NCBI GenBank assembly: GCA_040285745.1
Contig: JAUFOR010000007.1
Span: 62,001 to 126,000, forward strand
Direction: 5' to 3'
Length of the DNA: 64,000 nt
Source: Barthelona sp. PCE
Lineage: Eukaryota
The translations under genes were made by a program, and so were the position numbers. Positions 40,643 through 50,720 of this stretch are shown piece by piece. Each line of letters begins with the position of its first letter. Position 1 is the stretch's first letter. The notes beneath the pieces were generated by a model. It was not told the DNA's origin and did not search any database. It saw only the letters and a program-made list of their open reading frames with translations.

Positions 40643-42175
40643 ATGTCTTTTTTGGAGCGTCTTCGAATTGGAACTTCAACAAAGAAGAATAATAGGTTCG
40701 ATCATATCTTGGAAGCCGCGAAAGAGCGAACCAGGGATAAATTAACTACAGACCTTGCTCTTTTCAAAGAAGAACAAGAGCAAGAGGGGCAAGACTTGTC
40801 AGCCGAAGAGCTACGCAAGAAGTTTAAGATCAACTGTATCGGTAAAGATGTCACCGATCCAATTCTAAGTTTCGGTGATCTTCCACTCCCTAAATGGCTT
40901 GAAAGAAACCTAGAGGCCGCCAATTTTGCAGATCCAACGCCTGTGCAGATGCAAACGATTCCATGCATCTTGGATGGTCGCGATATGCTTGGTTGCTCTC
41001 AGACTGGTTCAGGTAAGACCCTTGCTTACACGCTTCCGCTGTTAGTGCACCTGTTCCGCAACGATTCAAGATCACAAACAGTCAGGAGCATCATTCTAGC
41101 ACCTACACAGGAGTTGGCTCGTCAGGTTTTTTCAGACGTGAAGCTTCTCGCCCGAGGCTCAAAATATCGTATTCTCCGATTGGCTAAGAACAATGCCAAT
41201 AAGAACACGTTTGCCACTGCAGTTGACATCCTTGTGGCTACCCCAATGGGACTTCTAAAGAGTGTGGATGAAGAATTCCTGGATGTTGGTGGTGTTGAAA
41301 TGCTCGTTTTGGACGAAATGGACAGCCTGCTCAACCCGCAGTTCCTTCCGCAGCTGGATAAGTTGATGTCATACTGCACACGTAACAACACTACAAGAGT
41401 GCAGAAAGTCATGTTTTCAGCATCGTTGATGCACAACATCGAGTCTCTGGCAGCAACAGTTCTCAACAACCATATCAAGGTGTTTATCAACCACCGTAAT
41501 AGCATTCCGGAAACGGTAGAGCAGCGGGTGTTATTTGCTGGTGATGAAGCATCGAAGTACGTTACAATGCACCAGGCAATTCGTGAAGGCGTTCTCTTCC
41601 CGCTGCTTGTCTTTGTACAGACCAAGGATAGAGCCGACAAGCTTTACAAGGAGATGCGTCTCGACTACCACCAGATCGATGTAATCCATGCTGATAGGTC
41701 TTCGGCCGCACGATCACGTGCGTTGGAGAATCTTCGTAGTGGGAAGGTTAACGTCCTGATCGCAACTAATCTGTTGGGCAGAGGTGTCGATGTTCCTTTC
41801 ATTGGTACTGTTATCAATTTTGATCTACCCAACTCTGCTGTTGACTACATTCATCGAATCGGTCGTACAGGACGTCTTGGCAATCAGGGTCTGGCGATTA
41901 CGCTCTTTACACGGTCGGATATAGAAATTATGGGCCCCATCATCAACATTATGCACCAGTCAAAGGCGGATATTCCGGAATATCTTCTGAAGCACAAGAA
42001 AATGAGCAGGCAGAAGAAGAGACAGATCCAGAAGCATGGCGTTAAACGAGAGGACTTTGCAGCAAAGGCACCTGTTTTAAAAAGGAAAAAAAGGAGGAAA
42101 CAAGGAAAGGGTCTTGACAAGAAAATTCAAAAAACAACCTCTCCAAAAAAAGCAGAAGAATCAAAAGACGAATAA
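40643..42175 (+). CDS. DDX52: DEAD-box RNA helicase ROK1/DDX52
   Basis: PTPVQMQ, TGSGKT, PTQELA, DEMD, FSAS, PLLVFVQTKDRA..L, IDVIHADR, HRIGRTGR; start at ATG 40643. Confidence 0.85.
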   Translation: MSFLERLRIGTSTKKNNRFDHILEAAKERTRDKLTTDLALFKEEQEQEGQDLSAEELRKKFKINCIGKDVTDPILSFGDLPLPKWLERNLEAANFADPTPVQMQTIPCILDGRDMLGCSQTGSGKTLAYTLPLLVHLFRNDSRSQTVRSIILAPTQELARQVFSDVKLLARGSKYRILRLAKNNANKNTFATAVDILVATPMGLLKSVDEEFLDVGGVEMLVLDEMDSLLNPQFLPQLDKLMSYCTRNNTTRVQKVMFSASLMHNIESLAATVLNNHIKVFINHRNSIPETVEQRVLFAGDEASKYVTMHQAIREGVLFPLLVFVQTKDRADKLYKEMRLDYHQIDVIHADRSSAARSRALENLRSGKVNVLIATNLLGRGVDVPFIGTVINFDLPNSAVDYIHRIGRTGRLGNQGLAITLFTRSDIEIMGPIINIMHQSKADIPEYLLKHKKMSRQKKRQIQKHGVKREDFAAKAPVLKRKKRRKQGKGLDKKIQKTTSPKKAEESKDE

Positions 42176-42182
42176 ACACGTA

Positions 42183-43682
42183 TTAAGAGTCAAAAAGTAC
42201 ATCTTCCAGTTCAGCAGCCGTGAGTTCTCTCTTATTCGCATTCTTCTCAGCAAGATACTCTTGATACTGTCTCTCTTGCTCTTCTACTATTTTGTTATCG
42301 ACAAGGGATGGTAGGTCATCAAGCGACACTGAATGTCTTTCAGCAACCATGCCTCCATAACTGGCAAGCATTTCAGATTGCGTGTGCATTAACCTGTAGT
42401 CCTGCTGACGTTTCTCAACGTGTTTCATCCATTCAAGATTGCGCTTAGAGATCTCTTCTCGTTCAGCTTTGCGGTTTTGGAACGATTCTAACCCATGAGC
42501 GTATTTATCCTTTAAAACTTGAGGAATGTTCTCAAGCTTCGGTTCAACAAAGAAAACTTCTTGTCCTTTTTGTAAATGACGCAAAATAGGCATTTTTTTC
42601 ATCGTGTTCTCGTTTAGATATACCATTCTACAACTTTCAATTGTTGTAGTGAAGTAATTGGGAACTCCAAATCCTTCCATGATTATTCGCGCAAAAACTG
42701 GCTCAATGAATATAACCTGTCCGTTCAGCGTTTGGTAGAAGTAGTTCTCAAGCCCAAACCTGATTGGGTGCAAGAGCTCTTGGCTGTTTAATAATCTGTT
42801 TATAAACAGAGCTGTTATCTCATCACCCATATTCTTGATCTTGTCAACTAGGCTCCTCTTCTCCTGCCACGTCACCAGCTCTTCTATGCTAAACTCAAAT
42901 GATGATGGTATTGAATCAAGTGCCTGCACTAAAAGATCTTCAGTAACAACTCCCATGCATCCATAGTCATCGTTCCAATCGCTCATGCCTTGGCACTGTG
43001 CCATAGACGAGCACGAGGGGAGGTCTTGCAGTATACCGCACCGCACAAAAACAATATCATCTTCGGAATTTTCAACATCTATAGCCTGTCGTTCAACGAC
43101 AAAACACGGTTTTATCGAGTGTTGGAGAGAGATCTTATACGAGCACACGGGGCAAACACACGTCGAGCGCATTTTCACATCGCCATTATGCTTCCACAAG
43201 TGGTATCGCAATAAACAGCGAAGACAAAATACATGAGAACAACGAGAGATGACTGGGCAGACGGGCGCACCGCAGCATATGGGGCACTGGTGCATCGACG
43301 AATTGGTCTCTACATAGTGTTTGATCAAGACAACGCGGTCAAAATCAATGTTGACATAGCTGTTCTTTGCAGTCTCTGACAGATATTTCTGGTCTACAAT
43401 GAGCTGGCATGATATTTTCAAGGCCTCATCTATGGATAACTCGTATGGATGATAATGCTGAATCAGGGGTTCATGAGCAATGTTCTCAAGATTCAGATAC
43501 TCAAAAGAATCCTCGATTTTGAGGTTTTCGCTTTCAGTTGCCTGCAGCTGAGGACTTTCAGCAGCCAATTGCAAGTTCCTTTCACGTTTTCTTCTGCGCT
43601 TCTTCGCTTTCTTACCGACAGCCCTATTTTCGTCCTCATAACGGGAGCCCTTTGGTGTTACTCGTCCCTTGAGCTTGACCAT
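42183..43682 (-). CDS. RNF10: RING finger protein RNF10/Mag2-like
   Basis: C3HC4 ring CPICC..PVCP.ISRCSHVFCLRCLLRY...CPVC; YFYQ..NGQ.IFI.P and LRHL...V.FVE motifs. Confidence 0.8.
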   Translation of the reverse strand: MVKLKGRVTPKGSRYEDENRAVGKKAKKRRRKRERNLQLAAESPQLQATESENLKIEDSFEYLNLENIAHEPLIQHYHPYELSIDEALKISCQLIVDQKYLSETAKNSYVNIDFDRVVLIKHYVETNSSMHQCPICCGAPVCPVISRCSHVFCLRCLLRYHLWKHNGDVKMRSTCVCPVCSYKISLQHSIKPCFVVERQAIDVENSEDDIVFVRCGILQDLPSCSSMAQCQGMSDWNDDYGCMGVVTEDLLVQALDSIPSSFEFSIEELVTWQEKRSLVDKIKNMGDEITALFINRLLNSQELLHPIRFGLENYFYQTLNGQVIFIEPVFARIIMEGFGVPNYFTTTIESCRMVYLNENTMKKMPILRHLQKGQEVFFVEPKLENIPQVLKDKYAHGLESFQNRKAEREEISKRNLEWMKHVEKRQQDYRLMHTQSEMLASYGGMVAERHSVSLDDLPSLVDNKIVEEQERQYQEYLAEKNANKRELTAAELEDVLFDS

Positions 43683-43751
43683 TATATGTGAAAGGATAGA
43701 AAAGGAAAAATGGTCCTGTGAGCTGAATGTATATCATTCGAAATAAACTGT

Positions 43752-45137
43752 TTATTCTCTCAGGACTTCGATCACCTGGCCCAGGGCACACCACTTCTTG
43801 ATTTCTGTAACCTTAACACGTACCTTACTTCCAGCTTTTGTTTGATCTGTCTTGTTGATGATAACCTGGAGTCCGTTCTTCATATGTGTAAGTGCCTGGT
43901 TCTCAAATCTCGCAGGCTGGGGTGAAACGTAGCACACCACCTCTTGATCTAAAAGATGAGCGCATGGTGACATGTTGTACTGATATTGATGTAATCGCCT
44001 GCTTCTTGCCTTTCGTGTGCGACCATGCAACATCTTCAGTTCAGCCGCCTCAGTGTGAGGACGGGGGAAGTATCTTGCAAGGTTAAAGAACTCAACGTTC
44101 GATTCAACCACTGCTTTGTATGTTTCCTCAAAGTCTTCTTCGGTTTCAGTAGGATACGCCACAATAATGTCTGTTAGAACAGCAGCTCCTTGTTCATGGA
44201 GACCATCCACACACTCCCTCCACTGTTCAACAGTGTATCCGCGCTTCATATGACGCAGCACAGAGTTCGAACCAGCCTGCAGAGGAAGATGCATAAAGTT
44301 GAAGAAGCAAGGGCGGAGAAGAATCTCGAGGATCGCGTCCTTGTGCTTGTACATGTAAGGGGGGTTAAAGTGTCCCATCTTAAAAAGCAAGCGGTCGTCG
44401 GTGTAGGTTGCTGATATTTCCTCTAAAAGATCCACGATTGTAAGGCCTTTATCGATGCCATACGCACCAACGTCTTCACCAACAAGCCAAACCTCTGTAC
44501 AGCCTCTCTTTTGACACTCATCGATCTTTGCCATCACAACGTTAAGCGGAAATGATCTCAGACTGCCGCGTGCCAGACGTGTCTGGCAGTACGTGCACTT
44601 CATTTGGCACCCGATAGAGATGGGTACAATACCGATGCCCTCGTAGTAAGACACAGAAGTATTTGAAGAATCAAGCTCAGCGTCATCGATTGTGTCAATA
44701 TAGTGGAGCGGGTTGCCAGCAATAGCAGAGTCAACCACCTCGTGTGCCTTGGAGATTTGATCTGTGCCAATAATTCCCACTGAATCAAAGCGTGCGTCAC
44801 CATGATACACCTGTGACACGCAACCTGCGGCAATAACAATCTGGTTAAGCTCCTTGCCATCTTCAATGGCCTTGAAGAACTTTTCCTCACTTGGCCCTTT
44901 GACTGTGCAGCCATTCACAATGCGAATGTCACAATTTGCTGGATCCTCAGACTTGCTGTATCCGTTCGTTAGACAGGCAGTCATGATTCGTTCACTGTCG
45001 TTTTGGTTGTGTGCACAGCCGTACGTAATGACTGCAACTTTAAGAGAGTCTGAGGTGATCTCTTCTTGGGTGCCCACGTGAATAGGAAGCGTTGAAGGTG
45101 CCTGTGATACCGATTCCTCAATGTCAACAAGAGACAT
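43752..45137 (-). CDS. CDKAL1: tRNA t6A methylthiotransferase (eukaryotic/archaeal MtaB type)
   Basis: TYGCAHNQNDSE, NGCTVKGPSE, AGCV, radical-SAM GCQMKCTYCQTRLARG, C-terminal TRAM domain; start at ATG 45137. Confidence 0.9.
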   Translation of the reverse strand: MSLVDIEESVSQAPSTLPIHVGTQEEITSDSLKVAVITYGCAHNQNDSERIMTACLTNGYSKSEDPANCDIRIVNGCTVKGPSEEKFFKAIEDGKELNQIVIAAGCVSQVYHGDARFDSVGIIGTDQISKAHEVVDSAIAGNPLHYIDTIDDAELDSSNTSVSYYEGIGIVPISIGCQMKCTYCQTRLARGSLRSFPLNVVMAKIDECQKRGCTEVWLVGEDVGAYGIDKGLTIVDLLEEISATYTDDRLLFKMGHFNPPYMYKHKDAILEILLRPCFFNFMHLPLQAGSNSVLRHMKRGYTVEQWRECVDGLHEQGAAVLTDIIVAYPTETEEDFEETYKAVVESNVEFFNLARYFPRPHTEAAELKMLHGRTRKARSRRLHQYQYNMSPCAHLLDQEVVCYVSPQPARFENQALTHMKNGLQVIINKTDQTKAGSKVRVKVTEIKKWCALGQVIEVLRE

Positions 45138-45464
45138 TGTGTGTGATATTCTAGAAAGGGTTAAATAGTTGTAAGTGAGTGGAGAAAGATAGATGTTAAT
45201 TAGAATCATACATACTATGTGTTTCTTCGGGCATTCAGAACTTTGAAAATCATCATATACCATGTAATTTATATGTAAACTGAAGTGTTACCCACAACGA
45301 AAATCAGGGTTCATCTCTTTTTTGCACGGATCATTATATGTCATATAGTGGAATTTAACCGTGCAAATGTAGTCAATGAAAGAGTATTTGTACCAAAAAA
45401 AGTGGTTCTTTATAGTTCACCTTTTCACTTTGCTTTTCTCGCTTTTTATAAGCCATTGCAATAT

Positions 45465-46424
45465 ATGCCATTACCTAAATTCAATTCGAAATTCAGCAAG
45501 GGGAAGTCAGAATCCGGAAGCAAATTAAAGAAACTGAGTTTAGGCAAAAAGGACAATAGCTCTTCGAGTGCGCTCTCACGAAGCACTGTGGAGAGCATGT
45601 CTATTTCACACATCATGAATCTACCTATTGAGGATGCCCTTGCATTGTTGAGTCAGGCATTAACGCCCGCTGAGGAAGTTGGTGTTTTCAAGACGATTGT
45701 ATACGATGCAAAGACGTCTTCATCATCAGGAATCAAGAGTCCACTTAAGAAATCTGGTTTAAGAAGTCCAAGCAGACTTTCTTTGGGTAAATCCAAATTT
45801 TCTTCAAAACTCAAGGGGAAATCGAGCGGGTTGGACCCACGCCTTGAGAACAGGGCAAAGCGCGACAACCCAGATCCAGAAAACCTTGCAGCGGTTCAAA
45901 TCAACAACGTAGCGGATCTTCTTAACCGTATTGAAGCGAAGAAGGCAAGCATTGAGAAACAGAAGAATGATATTCAGCACTTTGTGCAGCAGACAAAGGA
46001 TTCCCTGGCAGGGTTCAACAAGGATGTCGGAAACAGACTGTTAAAGATAGATGAAACTTTTAAGTCACAAAAGAAGAGATTGCTTAATTTAAGAAGTAGG
46101 ATCCAGCTTCAATTGACAACCAGTAGGCCGTTCGGACAGGAGGAGCTCAATTTCCGATTTATGTTAGAGCAATTGGAGACAAAATTGAAGGGTCCTCAGG
46201 GATTGAACTCGCAGATAAGTGAGTTACAGAGGAGCGTTGCTTTTTATTCCCCAGAGGAAAGAATGCAGCACATTACACTCTTCAAGGGTGAGGATGATCC
46301 AGAGCGCAAGAAGCTTAACAACATTCTTAGAAACCAGCAAGAGATGCTTGAGACCTTAATTAGTGATGCCAGAATGCTTGGACGTGTGGCAGACAGTGTG
46401 TTGGCAGTCAAGGCTCGCGAATAA
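45465..46424 (+). CDS. NUP54: nucleoporin Nup54/Nup57-like, lacking FG repeats
   Basis: AKRDNPDPENLAAVQINNVADLLNRI resembles Nup54 AKVDNPD..KLIPV...F.EL..R; EE...LEQLE..L.GP..LNSQISEL resembles the Nup54 helical region. Confidence 0.75.
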   Translation: MPLPKFNSKFSKGKSESGSKLKKLSLGKKDNSSSSALSRSTVESMSISHIMNLPIEDALALLSQALTPAEEVGVFKTIVYDAKTSSSSGIKSPLKKSGLRSPSRLSLGKSKFSSKLKGKSSGLDPRLENRAKRDNPDPENLAAVQINNVADLLNRIEAKKASIEKQKNDIQHFVQQTKDSLAGFNKDVGNRLLKIDETFKSQKKRLLNLRSRIQLQLTTSRPFGQEELNFRFMLEQLETKLKGPQGLNSQISELQRSVAFYSPEERMQHITLFKGEDDPERKKLNNILRNQQEMLETLISDARMLGRVADSVLAVKARE

Positions 46425-46443
46425 ATAAGTAAATAAAGGTTCT

Positions 46444-47331
46444 TTACAATGCGTTCTCGTAATCGTCGTTGAGCTCGGTCTTTGCTGTGATATCTTCCTC
46501 TTCTGACTCCATCTCTTCTTCATCAGAATACTCATCATCGGACTCACTGCCACGGGGAGCAAGGTAGTAACTGATTTTGCCCAATCCATCACCAAACTCG
46601 TAGCTGATAATGATGGGTGCAGCATCAGTCATTGTAATGCTCACCTTTGAGTTGAGCGGCGTGGCCTTTGTAAAATCTCTGAAGTATCTGAGTGGGAATG
46701 CAAGGCTCACGGGCTGCCTAAGATCAATCTCGACGTTATTGGCATCGTTGGCACTTTCGGCTGCATGCAAAGTGATTGAACCCTCAACGTTACCGTCTCC
46801 TTTAACGGAGAAGGTGACAGACTCCTTCTCGATGTCGAGATGGATAGACTCAGAGTCGAAAGCACTGAAGTCACGAACGATACGTTGAAATTCTTGAGAT
46901 GACATTGTGACATTGGCGTCATAATCGCTTTCTGCAATGGCAGTGCGGTCGCTGTCAACGAGAACAAGCTTCAGAACAAATGTTGAAACTCTTGATTCAC
47001 TAGGGTTAGCAATACGAATGTTGAGAACATCAGCAACGTTCTCACTGTTTTCAGTCTTGGCAGAAAGGAAACAAGTGTAGTCATTACCTGCTGTCTTCAG
47101 GATTTTGCCAAGAGCTTCGAAATCGATTCCCAAACTCATGGCTTCATCACATCGAAAATCATCTAATCGAGAAGGACGAAGGTACAGTGAGACAAGGGCA
47201 ATATGGGTGCCATCCATAGCTTGGAGATCCATCATTTCAGAGTTGACATCGAGATTACCAGTTTTAACGATAACTTGAAGAGCATCAACAATTTTCTTCA
47301 GAATAGCAACGTTGAAAGTACACTCAAACAT
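46444..47331 (-). CDS. PCNA: proliferating cell nuclear antigen with acidic tail
   Basis: MFE...LKKIVDAL, LQAMDGTHIALVSL, FRCD, FTKATPL, YYLAPR. Confidence 0.95.
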   Translation of the reverse strand: MFECTFNVAILKKIVDALQVIVKTGNLDVNSEMMDLQAMDGTHIALVSLYLRPSRLDDFRCDEAMSLGIDFEALGKILKTAGNDYTCFLSAKTENSENVADVLNIRIANPSESRVSTFVLKLVLVDSDRTAIAESDYDANVTMSSQEFQRIVRDFSAFDSESIHLDIEKESVTFSVKGDGNVEGSITLHAAESANDANNVEIDLRQPVSLAFPLRYFRDFTKATPLNSKVSITMTDAAPIIISYEFGDGLGKISYYLAPRGSESDDEYSDEEEMESEEEDITAKTELNDDYENAL

Positions 47332-47553
47332 CTTTTGAACTGTATAATAAAAAAAAAAAGGATGAAAAGGGTTGAGAAAGATATTATAGGCAATTCACAT
47401 CACTTTCGGTCATGTTGTATAATTTCTAACAATGCAGGAAGGTTGTATTCACCATAAACGAGACTTAGCGTGTTTCACAGGATTGAAAAATGCGTTTCGA
47501 AACACATTGACAATTAAATCTTCATTCATGTCATAGCATCAAGTTTTTTGGAA

Positions 47554-50500
47554 ATGTATAACTGTGTTAAATCCAGCTTACCCCCAGCAACTTCTTTCTT
47601 TGCAAAGAAAAGGGCGTTCGATTTAGAGAAATTGAATCCCATTTCTTTTCGACGCTACACACTATTAAGGCGTATGTCCTGGGTTTTTTTATCGATAATC
47701 ACATTGGGCATTGTTAACCTTCTTGGATATTGGTTTCCAACGATAAGATTTATAATTTCTGGTAAAAGATGCACTGAATCAACAGAATTTAACCCTTCAC
47801 ACGTTAAATACCGAGATGAGCAGGGAGAAATAGTTGTAGAACAGCTGTTTTATAACATTGAAGATCAAAATTTTTTCCTCAATCACAGATTTCGAAAATA
47901 CTTTTATAACAGCGAGACCAATGAGTTTTTGCTTGAAGTATACGATTATTTCACAAGCGATACACCCACCAGTCTCGATGAAGGGCTTTCTCCATCGTTA
48001 CGAAAGATGCACGCCTTGTATTTCGGAACTAACTCTTTTCATTTGCAGCCACCTGGCTTCTTGCGAATGCTCATCACAGAGATCCTGACTCCGTTCTACG
48101 TGTTTCAGATTCTCGCATGCGTGCTTTGGGCTGTCGATGAGTACCTTTTTTACGCTTGTTGTATTCTATTGCTCGCTCTTTTTTCGGTGGGAACAGCGAT
48201 GTACAGCGAGTTTTCATTGCATAAGAAGCTGAAGGACTTGATTTCACCATGCCCTGACGTTGAAATTCTGTCAAAGAAACAGTGGGCACAAGTTGCTGCT
48301 GATGAGATTGTTGCCGGCGACGTTGTCAGGCTGAGCAAGGGCACAGTGCCAGCGGACATTATAATCATGAGGGGGTCTCTTGTCGTCAACGAGGCTGTCT
48401 TGACGGGTGAGGGTTTTCCAATCAGGAAGGTGTACAAGAAGGATAATCCGACTCGTATATTTGCTGGAACGGACATACTAACGCTGAGTGACGATTTCCT
48501 GGGCATAGTCGAGCGCACTGGCTTCCGAACAATGAAGGGGAGAATGTTGCTGACGCTACGATTCCAGTCAATCACAAACAAGAGGTTCTTCAACGAGAGC
48601 CTGAAATTTTTCATCGGTCTTGGTCTCATTGCTATTGCAGGAGCCGTGGTAGCATACTCTTTGCTGGATGGTTTGAGTCCAGTGGTTCTATTCATCAGAT
48701 GCGCTGATCTGTTCACAATAGTGATGCCACCTTCCCTCCCCTCTGTGCTGACAGTGGGAACATCAATTGCTATATCGCGTCTCAAGAAGAAGGGGGTTCT
48801 CGTACTGAGACCGTCGAAGCTGAACGAGACGGGATTCGTGTCATCCATATTCTTCGACAAGACAGGTACGCTGACCGAGGACGAGCTCAAGTTCTCGGGC
48901 TGGTCTGTTGGAGGCATATCATCAGCGGACTTCTCAAACATCCCACACAACATGCGAGTTATCAGCGGTCTGTGTCACTCACTGTATTCGCTCGATGGAA
49001 CACTGGGCGGGGACTTTATTGATATTAAGATGTTTGAAAAGTCTGGATTTAGGTTGCTTGGCAGCGAAGGAAGTCAGGAGCTTTACGATACAGTCAAGAA
49101 AGAGAAGTTTATTACTCTTCGCAATTTCGACTTCACGTCAGAGAACGCCAGACATTTGGGTGTTTTCTACAACGTAACAAAGCGCATGGTCGTCATTGTG
49201 CTCAAGGGGGCGCCTGAGCGTCTCGCCGAAGTTATATGTGAGCGGTCTATTCCAGTGAGCTTTGAGGAATACCTCACAACACATTCGTTCCACTCACGCG
49301 TCCTGGGAGCAGCCACTGCTTCATTCCACGTGGAAAACATAGATGATGCGTGGGAGTATGTGGACATACCGCGCGAAGAATTGGAGGCCAAGTGCCATTT
49401 TGCAGGTTTCATGCTTTTTGCAAACGCGCTCAAGCCATCATCAATGAATACGGTGATCCAGCTGAAAAGACATGGGTTTGTCCCTTCCATGATCACAGGC
49501 GATGCAGCAGCGACAGCAGTCACGACAGCAGTCTCACTTGGCATGATTGAACGTGGGAAACTTTTCTGCTCCAGGCTTGAGCCTGACAACAAGGTGCTAT
49601 TTTACAATATGAAGGCACCGTCAGAGGTCATAGAGTGGGGAGATGTCATCGATGCAGGTCATAACTGTGTAATCACAGGCAATTGCGTTGATTTTGCAAA
49701 TGAAAGTATCATGCGATACTCCCGAGTGTTTGCCCGCTGTTCCCCAGAGCAGAAGCAGGCCATTGTTATGCGTCACAGAGAATGCTGCTTTGTCGGTGAC
49801 GGCGCTAACGATTGCTTAGCGTTGAACGCAGCTTCAATTGGTATTAGTGTTTCCCAGGTTGATAGCTCAGCAGCAGCAACATTCACAACCACAGGCTCAG
49901 ACCCACAGTCGGTACTCACTATTCTGAGGGAGGGCCAATGTTCGTTAGTAACGAGTATTGCTGCTTTCAAGTTCTTGATTCTATATTCTCTTTTTCAGTT
50001 CATGACTGTATGCTTTTCGTATTACAGAAATGAGTTATGCACGAATTTTATGTTCTTGTTTGTTGATCTTGGTCTAGCTATCCCTATTTCATTAATTAGC
50101 AATTACACGCACCCATCAGATCATCTTTCAGATGACAGGCCACCTTCCTCTTTGTTGAGCAAGTCTATATTCCTCAGTCTTTTCGGTCACGCACTGATCG
50201 CTGTTGGCAGCATGACCTTTGCTTATTTTAGTGTTAGCAAGGAAGTAGCACTCACCACTGCGTTTTATCATTGCTGTTTTATGTGTTGGGCACTTGCACT
50301 TGCTTTAAATCATTCACAGTCATTCAGAAAACCATTTTATACAAACGACAGTTTGGTCTTCTTGATGATTATTGAGCTCGTTATGATCTGTTTACTTGTT
50401 TTTAATGTGTTCACAGATGCAAATATTCTTTTTAAGTTAAGTATTTTGGATATGAGTGAGAAACTTTTATTATGCGTAACTGCATTTGTTGCTTCAGTCC

Positions 50501-50556
50501 TTATGATTGTATTTGAGCGTGTTGTTGTTCAAAAAGTCCATAAAAATTCACTATAG
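47554..50556 (+). CDS. P5B-type P-ATPase (ATP13A2/Ypk9-like)
   Basis: PFYVFQI, DEY..YA, LTGE, PPSLP (P5B-type), FDKTGTLTED, KGAPE, MITGD, FAR.SPEQK, VGDGANDC.AL. Confidence 0.92.
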   Translation: MYNCVKSSLPPATSFFAKKRAFDLEKLNPISFRRYTLLRRMSWVFLSIITLGIVNLLGYWFPTIRFIISGKRCTESTEFNPSHVKYRDEQGEIVVEQLFYNIEDQNFFLNHRFRKYFYNSETNEFLLEVYDYFTSDTPTSLDEGLSPSLRKMHALYFGTNSFHLQPPGFLRMLITEILTPFYVFQILACVLWAVDEYLFYACCILLLALFSVGTAMYSEFSLHKKLKDLISPCPDVEILSKKQWAQVAADEIVAGDVVRLSKGTVPADIIIMRGSLVVNEAVLTGEGFPIRKVYKKDNPTRIFAGTDILTLSDDFLGIVERTGFRTMKGRMLLTLRFQSITNKRFFNESLKFFIGLGLIAIAGAVVAYSLLDGLSPVVLFIRCADLFTIVMPPSLPSVLTVGTSIAISRLKKKGVLVLRPSKLNETGFVSSIFFDKTGTLTEDELKFSGWSVGGISSADFSNIPHNMRVISGLCHSLYSLDGTLGGDFIDIKMFEKSGFRLLGSEGSQELYDTVKKEKFITLRNFDFTSENARHLGVFYNVTKRMVVIVLKGAPERLAEVICERSIPVSFEEYLTTHSFHSRVLGAATASFHVENIDDAWEYVDIPREELEAKCHFAGFMLFANALKPSSMNTVIQLKRHGFVPSMITGDAAATAVTTAVSLGMIERGKLFCSRLEPDNKVLFYNMKAPSEVIEWGDVIDAGHNCVITGNCVDFANESIMRYSRVFARCSPEQKQAIVMRHRECCFVGDGANDCLALNAASIGISVSQVDSSAAATFTTTGSDPQSVLTILREGQCSLVTSIAAFKFLILYSLFQFMTVCFSYYRNELCTNFMFLFVDLGLAIPISLISNYTHPSDHLSDDRPPSSLLSKSIFLSLFGHALIAVGSMTFAYFSVSKEVALTTAFYHCCFMCWALALALNHSQSFRKPFYTNDSLVFLMIIELVMICLLVFNVFTDANILFKLSILDMSEKLLLCVTAFVASVLMIVFERVVVQKVHKNSL

Positions 50557-50720
50557 TAAACAAAAAACTAGTTTGTTTCATTTTTATAATTTTTCATCAA
50601 TTTTTTTGGTTTCATACACTTATTAGCCGGTAAAAGATGAGCGTGTTATACTTGAAATCATGGATGCAATTGTTTCACTTTTTTCATCCTTTTCAATTCA
50701 TTTTTTTGGGGTTTAAAGTA

